DNA of 64,000 bases from the human T2T-CHM13v2.0 reference genome, Homo sapiens. The stretch is taken from NCBI RefSeq assembly GCF_009914755.1, contig NC_060925.1, one strand, 5' to 3'. Shown piece after piece: positions 53,453 through 64,000 of this stretch. Both the position numbers and the translations under genes were made by a program. The notes under the pieces were generated by a model. That model was given only the letters and a program-made list of their open reading frames with translations, did no database searches and had not been told where the DNA came from. How positions within the stretch are numbered: position 1 is the stretch's first letter; every line of letters begins with the position of its first letter.

Positions 53453-56400
53453 GGCGCGGAGGCCGGGGGAAGCCGCCAATGGACGCCTGCGGGGCAAGGC
53501 CGGACCCTCCCCTCCTGGCCCGCGGCCGAGCAGAGAGCAGCGCTTAGAGATCGCCGCTTGGAGATCGCCCGGCGGCTGCGGTGGTGGCACTGCCAGGGGC
53601 TGTCTCGTCCCGAGGGCACCGCGACCCGGGACGCCCCGCGCTCCCCAAGGCCTCGGCACCTGGGGTCCGGCCGGCTCTGGGGAGGGGTCCCCGGCGTGCC
53701 CTCAAGCTCGGCGGAGACGCGATGCGCTGGGATGGGGAGGGGGGTCTCGACTGCACCGACTTCCTTGCGGCTCGCTCTCTAGTCCTTGAGTCTTTCTCTG
53801 CCTCTTTTTTTTCTTCTTTTTTTTTTTTTTTTAGCGCCAAACGTCGTGCCGCGAAATTCGGATCTCCCGCGGAAAATGCCGCGCTCCGGTTGGCTGCTGC
53901 GACAGTACAGGCTCCACCCCCCCCCCCCCCCCCCCGGAAAGAACGCGTCCTCGAGGCGGCGATTGCAACACTAGCTTCGCTGCTTAAAGGGGCAGCCACA
54001 CCTGCTGTTGGTGCCGCCAGCCGCCGGCCGCGCTAGTTAGCAGCCGGCGAGACGGAGACAGAGGGTGGTTCCGGGATGCACAGTGCAGAGGCGGCCAGAG
54101 CAGTGCACAGCGCCCCGAGAAATGGGCCCGGATTCCCTGGGATTGAAGGGAAACATTTTGGCGCGGGGTCCCAGCCTGAGCCCAGACCCAGCAGTGTATT
54201 CCCCAGGCCACAGGCCCTTTTGTTAGTTTGCATTGTTGCTTAGCTAGCACATGTGCATTCATATCCCCTTTCCTGCTAAAATGAAGGCCAGGAACCTGTT
54301 CCCTTTAATGGCAGAGGGGTGAGGGACGGAGGCAAACTAGTCTACTTCTTTGTAGGGAAAACTAACATCTATTCAGCGCCTACAGGATGCCAGGCACCAT
54401 GCTAGATCCTTACAAGCGTTGTTTTAGTTAATTTATTCCAACAATCCTGGGAAGAGGAATGATGATCCCCATGATAAAGACTGACAGTCTGAAAGGCTGG
54501 GTAACTTGCCCAAGGTCATACAGAGAGATTCCCTGATTTGAGAGCTGGCAACAGAATCTGGGACAGGTCCCAGCTCTGGAGCCCTTGTTTTTCCAGTTAA
54601 GGGGTTCTTCTACTCTCCCAAGCTGCCTGGGGGCACAGCAGGGTCAGAGTCCCACTGCAGAGCTTTGTCTTGTTCACAGTTGTATTATTAGGACCCAATA
54701 CTCAGTAAATGTTTGAACATCTCTAGGTTTCTTTTAAACAATCCTTTTGTCACAAGAGCCTCTCTGCCTCATTCAAAAACCTTCATTGCTGATAATACAT
54801 TCCTCATCACTCCGGTTTAGAGAGGCTCAGAGAAGCAAACTTGGGTAGTGAGTGGTAAAAAGTTGCTAGAAGCTGCTGCTAGATTTCAGGTCTGATTTCT
54901 TGCCTGGTGCTGTGTGATTTTTATGCAAGTCTGAGCCTTGGCATTCAAAGCCCTCCAGAGACAGTCCACAGCTTAATTCCTCATTAGATGGTTGAGGCCA
55001 AGGTGGCAATAACCCATGATGATTAAGAGCCCAGGCTTTGTAGCCAACAGCCCCGAATTCAAACCCAGGCCCAGACACTTTATTATTCATTGTGTGACCA
55101 AGGCAAATTTTGTAAATTCTCTGATCCTTGATCCTTGATTTTCTCCTCCTAATAGCACTTACCTCATATGATCATGAGGAAATCTCATGAGATAATGCAT
55201 ATAAAGCTTTCATCACAGAACCTGGATCATAAGGAGCCTCAAGAATTGGCAGCTGTTGTTATATCTCTGACTTTTTTTTTTTAGACAGAGTCTCACTCTG
55301 TCACCAGGTTGGAGTGCAGCGGTGCAATTCTCCTGCCTCAGGTTCAAGTGAGTCTCCTGCCTCAGCCTCCCGAGTAGCTGGGATTACAGGCGCCAGCCAC
55401 CATGCCTGGCTAATTTTTGTATTTTCAGTAGAGGCAGGGTTTCACCATGTTGGCCACGCTGGTCTCGGACTCCTGACCTCAGGCAATCCGCCCTACTTGG
55501 CCTCCCAAAGTGCTGGGATTACAGGTGTGAGTCACCGCTCCCGGTCACATCTCTGACCTTATCTCCAGTGCATAAGACCCTTTTACTCTAGTCTACGTAT
55601 CTCATTGGTCCTTTTTGGTCCTTTGAGGGCCAGCTTAAATCTCACCTCCTCCAAGAAGCCTCCCCTGCCTGCTTCCTCTCAGCCAGAATGGCTCTTACCC
55701 TCTTGGGACCCTTAGTGTGTTCTACCTCAACAAAACAAGGCTTCGTTTTCATACCTTGTTTATCAGTTAGGTTCTATGCTCCTTCAAGAATCTAGGTCAG
55801 ATCTCTCTAGAATGCCCCTTAGCATCTAGGGCCTGGCTTGGAGTGCAGAAGGCAGGTAATAAATACTGATTATGATTCACTCATCTGCCTGGCTGCAAAG
55901 AATAGGAGAAGTTAATGAGATCTGAAGTCAGAAAGTCAGGAGGCCCAGATTAAGTAAGTCCCGCTCTCTACTTCCTAGTTAAGTGACACTGGACAGCCGC
56001 TGCTTCACTTCTCTTAACCACAATTTCCTCAACCATCAAATGTGGATAATGCTATCACTCAGTCAATTTCACATTACTTCAGAGACACTACTTAAATGAC
56101 AGTGGTGGCGATGATCACTGATTTTTATTGAGAACCTACTATACACTGGGCTCTAAGCACCTTGAGCCCCTCCTCTGATCCTCACAACACTGCTCTGAGA
56201 CGGACACTATTATTATCCCCATTTTACAGATGAGGGAACCTGGAAGGAATTGTGGCAGAGCAGGTTTGGGGAAGCAGCAGGGCCCCAGGGCCAGGGAGGG
56301 AAATGGGGGTGGCAGGGTGGAGCTGGGAGAAAAGAAGGGAGCCAGTGAGGGGCTGAGAGCCAGCTCTCTGTGGTTGAGTTTCGGGCAGCTGGGGCTGGCT

Positions 56401-57025
56401 TTAGAGTTTCACTGCCTGGGAACTGACTAATTCTTGCAATAGGTGTGGGGCACAGATCTGAAATCTGCCTCCCTGAGCTTGAATTCCTGCCCCATTCATT
56501 CCTAGCATTGTGATCATGGTCAGGTTGCTGGACCATTCTGAGTCTCAATTTCCTCATCTTTGAAATGGAGGCGGCACAAGTGACCTCTCCATTTACTGTG
56601 AGGCCTTAGTAAGGTGTTGGTTATAAAGTCCTTAGAGAAATGTCAGGTGCATGGTAGGTACTTAATATATTTTGGCTAAGGTTTATGTGAAATGGACCCG
56701 AAGAGGCCCTCACATGGAACCAGACTAAATACTTGCAGTTTCAGGCCGGGCACATTGGTTCATGCCTGTGAACCCAGCACTTTGGGAGGCCAAGGTGGAC
56801 AGATCTGTTGAGCCCAGGAGTTTGAGACCAGCCTGGGCAACATGGCAAAACTCTGTCTCTCCAAAATACAGAAAAATTAGCTGGGCGTGGTGGCACACGC
56901 CTGTAATCCCAGCTGCTCGGGAGGCTGAGGTGGGAGGATCACCTGAGCCCAGGGAGGTCAAGGCTGCAGTGAGCCATGATCATGTCACTGCACTCCAGCC
57001 TGGGTGACACAGTAAGACTGTCTCA

Positions 57026-57527
<502 letters not shown>

Positions 57528-58871
57528 TCATCCTTCAAGGTCCAACTCAAATGGAGTGGAAGGAGCAAAGAATCTGAAGTCAGACATCCCAGGGTTCAAA
57601 CCCAGGCCCTGACACTTTATTAGCTGTGTGACCCAGGCAAAATTTCCTAAATTCTCTGATCTTTGATCCTTGATTTTCTAATCCTAATAGCACTTACCTC
57701 ATAGGATTGTGAAGAAATCTCATAGATAATGCATATAAAGCTTTCAGCATGGAACCTGGTTTATAAGGAGCCTCAAGAATTGGCAGTTTTCTTACGTCTC
57801 TGATCCTATCTCCAGTGCATAAGACCCTTTTACTTTAATCTACCTATCAACAAATCTTCAGACTCCTTGGGGGCAGGACCCAGGCTTTGTTTTCACTTTT
57901 GCGCCTTCCTCCCCTGAGATGCCAGGCACAAAGTAGGCCTGAAATAAATGATAATAGTTCACATTTCCTGAGAACTTCCTAGGCGTAAACACCCAGCTAG
58001 GTATTTTACATACATTATTTTGTCGAAACCTCCCAACTACCCTGTAACACAGGTACATTTTGGACAGATGAAGAAATTGAAGCTGAAATATGTAAAGGAA
58101 CTTGACAACTGTTTGAAGATGAAATCAGGATCTGAACTCAGATCTCTCCCAAGGCACTGCGCTGTTGTGAACAGTGAACTCAGCCCCAAAACCCCATGTG
58201 AAGGAGGGTACATTCTGCTAATGAACCAGGGGTTCCAGTGCTGCACACATTGCTGGAAGTGGAAAGACTGTGTCCCACAACTGGATGAGTTGGGGATGCT
58301 TAGTACTATTTTCCAGATGAGGAAGCCATGACTTGCCTGAGGCCACAGAGCAGGTAAGTGAGGAAGTTCCTGTTCCAGGCAACCCCAGATAGTCCTGGAA
58401 AAATCCCCAAACTAAAGCAAACTTCCATTCCAGCTGGTGTATCTTCTCCTGAAAAATTCCACAGATTCCCTGTGCTCAAAGTCCTGTTAATCAGAATACA
58501 AACTGCTTGACAGACACTTCCTGAAGGTACATATTCCCTGTCCCGGGCTCCTCAGCACATCACCTGTTCACACGAATCCCAAATCACAGAGAAACCAGAT
58601 CAGAGCTATGGGAAACAAGGGAGAAAAATCCCTGCTCCATCTTCTTTGTGCTTTTCCTATTCTACAATAAACATGTATTACTTTGGTGATTGGAGAAAAA
58701 AAAGTTGTTTTTTAAAAAGAGAAACAAGGTATTGCTTTAAGGAAGTTCTGCTAGTGGTAACCTTTTTACTGGAACATTGTTGGAAGATGGGTTCGTGGGC
58801 TTTTCTAACAGTGACTGGCATGTAGTAAACACTATATGAATGTTTGTTAAATACATAAAATTCTAGGTGCA

Positions 58872-59516
<645 letters not shown>

Positions 59517-59689
59517 CTATGTGCTCTTGGACATATCATTGCATTACTCTGGGCCTCTGTTCCTTCATCTGATAAACAGGGCTAATCACAGCTGTCTCGG
59601 GTTTATTGCGTTGAAGTGAATCTGGGATGGGATGTGAATGTGCTGTGTGTGTGTGTGTGTGTGTGTGTGTACCAAAATTTATTAAGAAG

Positions 59690-62448
<2,759 letters not shown>

Positions 62449-62553
62449 TCAGTAAATGTGCCTGCGGCGCCTGGTGGGTCCCCCTGCGTCTTCGTTAGTT
62501 CCTTTTCCTTCTCTCAGACCTTTGGCTGGAAGCTGGTGGGGCTGAAAGGTGAA

Positions 62554-62572
62554 GGCTGCCACCTAGAGGTGA
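62554..62572 (-). promoter_or_regulatory. Predicted CTCF binding site
   Basis: Minus strand TCACCTCTAGGTGGCAGCC matches core CC-W-CYAGRKGGCR; in non-repeat sequence. Confidence 0.5.
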
Positions 62573-62771
62573 ACTCTGGCACCTGCCAAAGCCTGCGAGG
62601 CGTCTTATCTTCTCATCAAGGTAACTCACCCGCTATGGGCTTGGGGAGGAGAAACAGGATGTGAAAGAAGCAGCCCCGCTGAGGACAGGGCTACTAGACT
62701 GGCCAGATTCTTTCCAGATGTTTGTAGGCCCTGGGAATGCTTTTCACAGATGTTGGGTCCCGTGGAGGTGA

Positions 62772-63117
<346 letters not shown>

Positions 63118-63222
63118 CCTATAATTCCTGTAATTGTCAGTTTATTCCCTCGTTTTCCTGAGGGATCTCTTTAACACACACACCTGACCTTGTCTCTCTC
63201 TAGTTCAAGGTCTGGCAACTAG

Positions 63223-63741
<519 letters not shown>

Positions 63742-64000
63742 TAGAAGTTTCTTCCTTCTTTTCTTTCTTAAACCAGATAAATAAATCATTGAGAATGCTG
63801 TGTACCCCCATATCCCCCACGTGATCTTAAACAGCACTCAATTTTAAAAGGGTGCATTTTTAACTCCTCAGGCTAAGAGAACAGAAACCTGGGACAAAAT
63901 TAGGAATCCAGCTCACATGCCTGTAATCCTAGCACTTTGGGAGGCCAAGGCGGGCGGATCACGAGGTCAGGAGATGGAGACCATCCTGGCTAACACGGTG

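Larger units (their letters stand above)
53100..54200 (-). promoter_or_regulatory. E2F2: E2F2 CpG island promoter with clustered E2F sites
   Basis: TTTAGCGCCAAA 53830-53841, GCCGCGAAA 53848-53856, TCCCGCGGAAAA 53865-53876, TTTGGCGCG 54157-54165; ETS-like CGACTTCC ~53757; no obvious TATA box; TSS inferred near 53790. Confidence 0.85.

Noticed and set aside
53286-54036. Plus-strand ORFs across the E2F2 promoter (possible divergent gene)
   Set aside because: GC-rich, homopolymer-encoded low-complexity peptides; no exon structure detected

Overview
Human (or great-ape) gene-rich, Alu-dense euchromatin that I recognise as the E2F2-ASAP3 region of 1p36, from the translated exons. The minus strand carries the complete 7-exon E2F2 gene. 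Its CDS is 53359-53108, 47055-46950, 44622-44403, 43637-43479, 41697-41583, 39092-38900 and 32710-32442, which sums to 1314 nt (437 aa + stop) with consistent phases, followed by a ~3.45 kb 3'UTR ending near 28990. Also on the minus strand is the CpG-island first coding exon of ASAP3 (6610-6482). Most other sequence is transposon-derived: dozens of Alus, a full-length SVA with TSD, a MER41B LTR, MLT1, MER5A/MER58, MIR/L2/L1 fragments and a half MADE1. There is also a tailless U2 snRNA retrocopy. Nearly all listed ORFs outside these exons are Alu/SVA/GC-rich artefacts. I see no wholly new biological system. The best leads are: (i) a degenerate ~40-bp array in E2F2 intron 3, apparently amplified from the exon-3/donor junction, with an exact second splice donor and repeated CCAAT+GC boxes; (ii) the AT-AC minor-spliceosome intron 4, packed with antisense Alus; (iii) a 5-codon uORF in the E2F2 leader; (iv) a convergent pair of CTCF motifs bracketing E2F2; (v) a MER41B with one intact GAS/STAT1 motif upstream of ASAP3; (vi) two non-Alu local duplications. 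Repeat boundaries and subfamilies are by-eye estimates.
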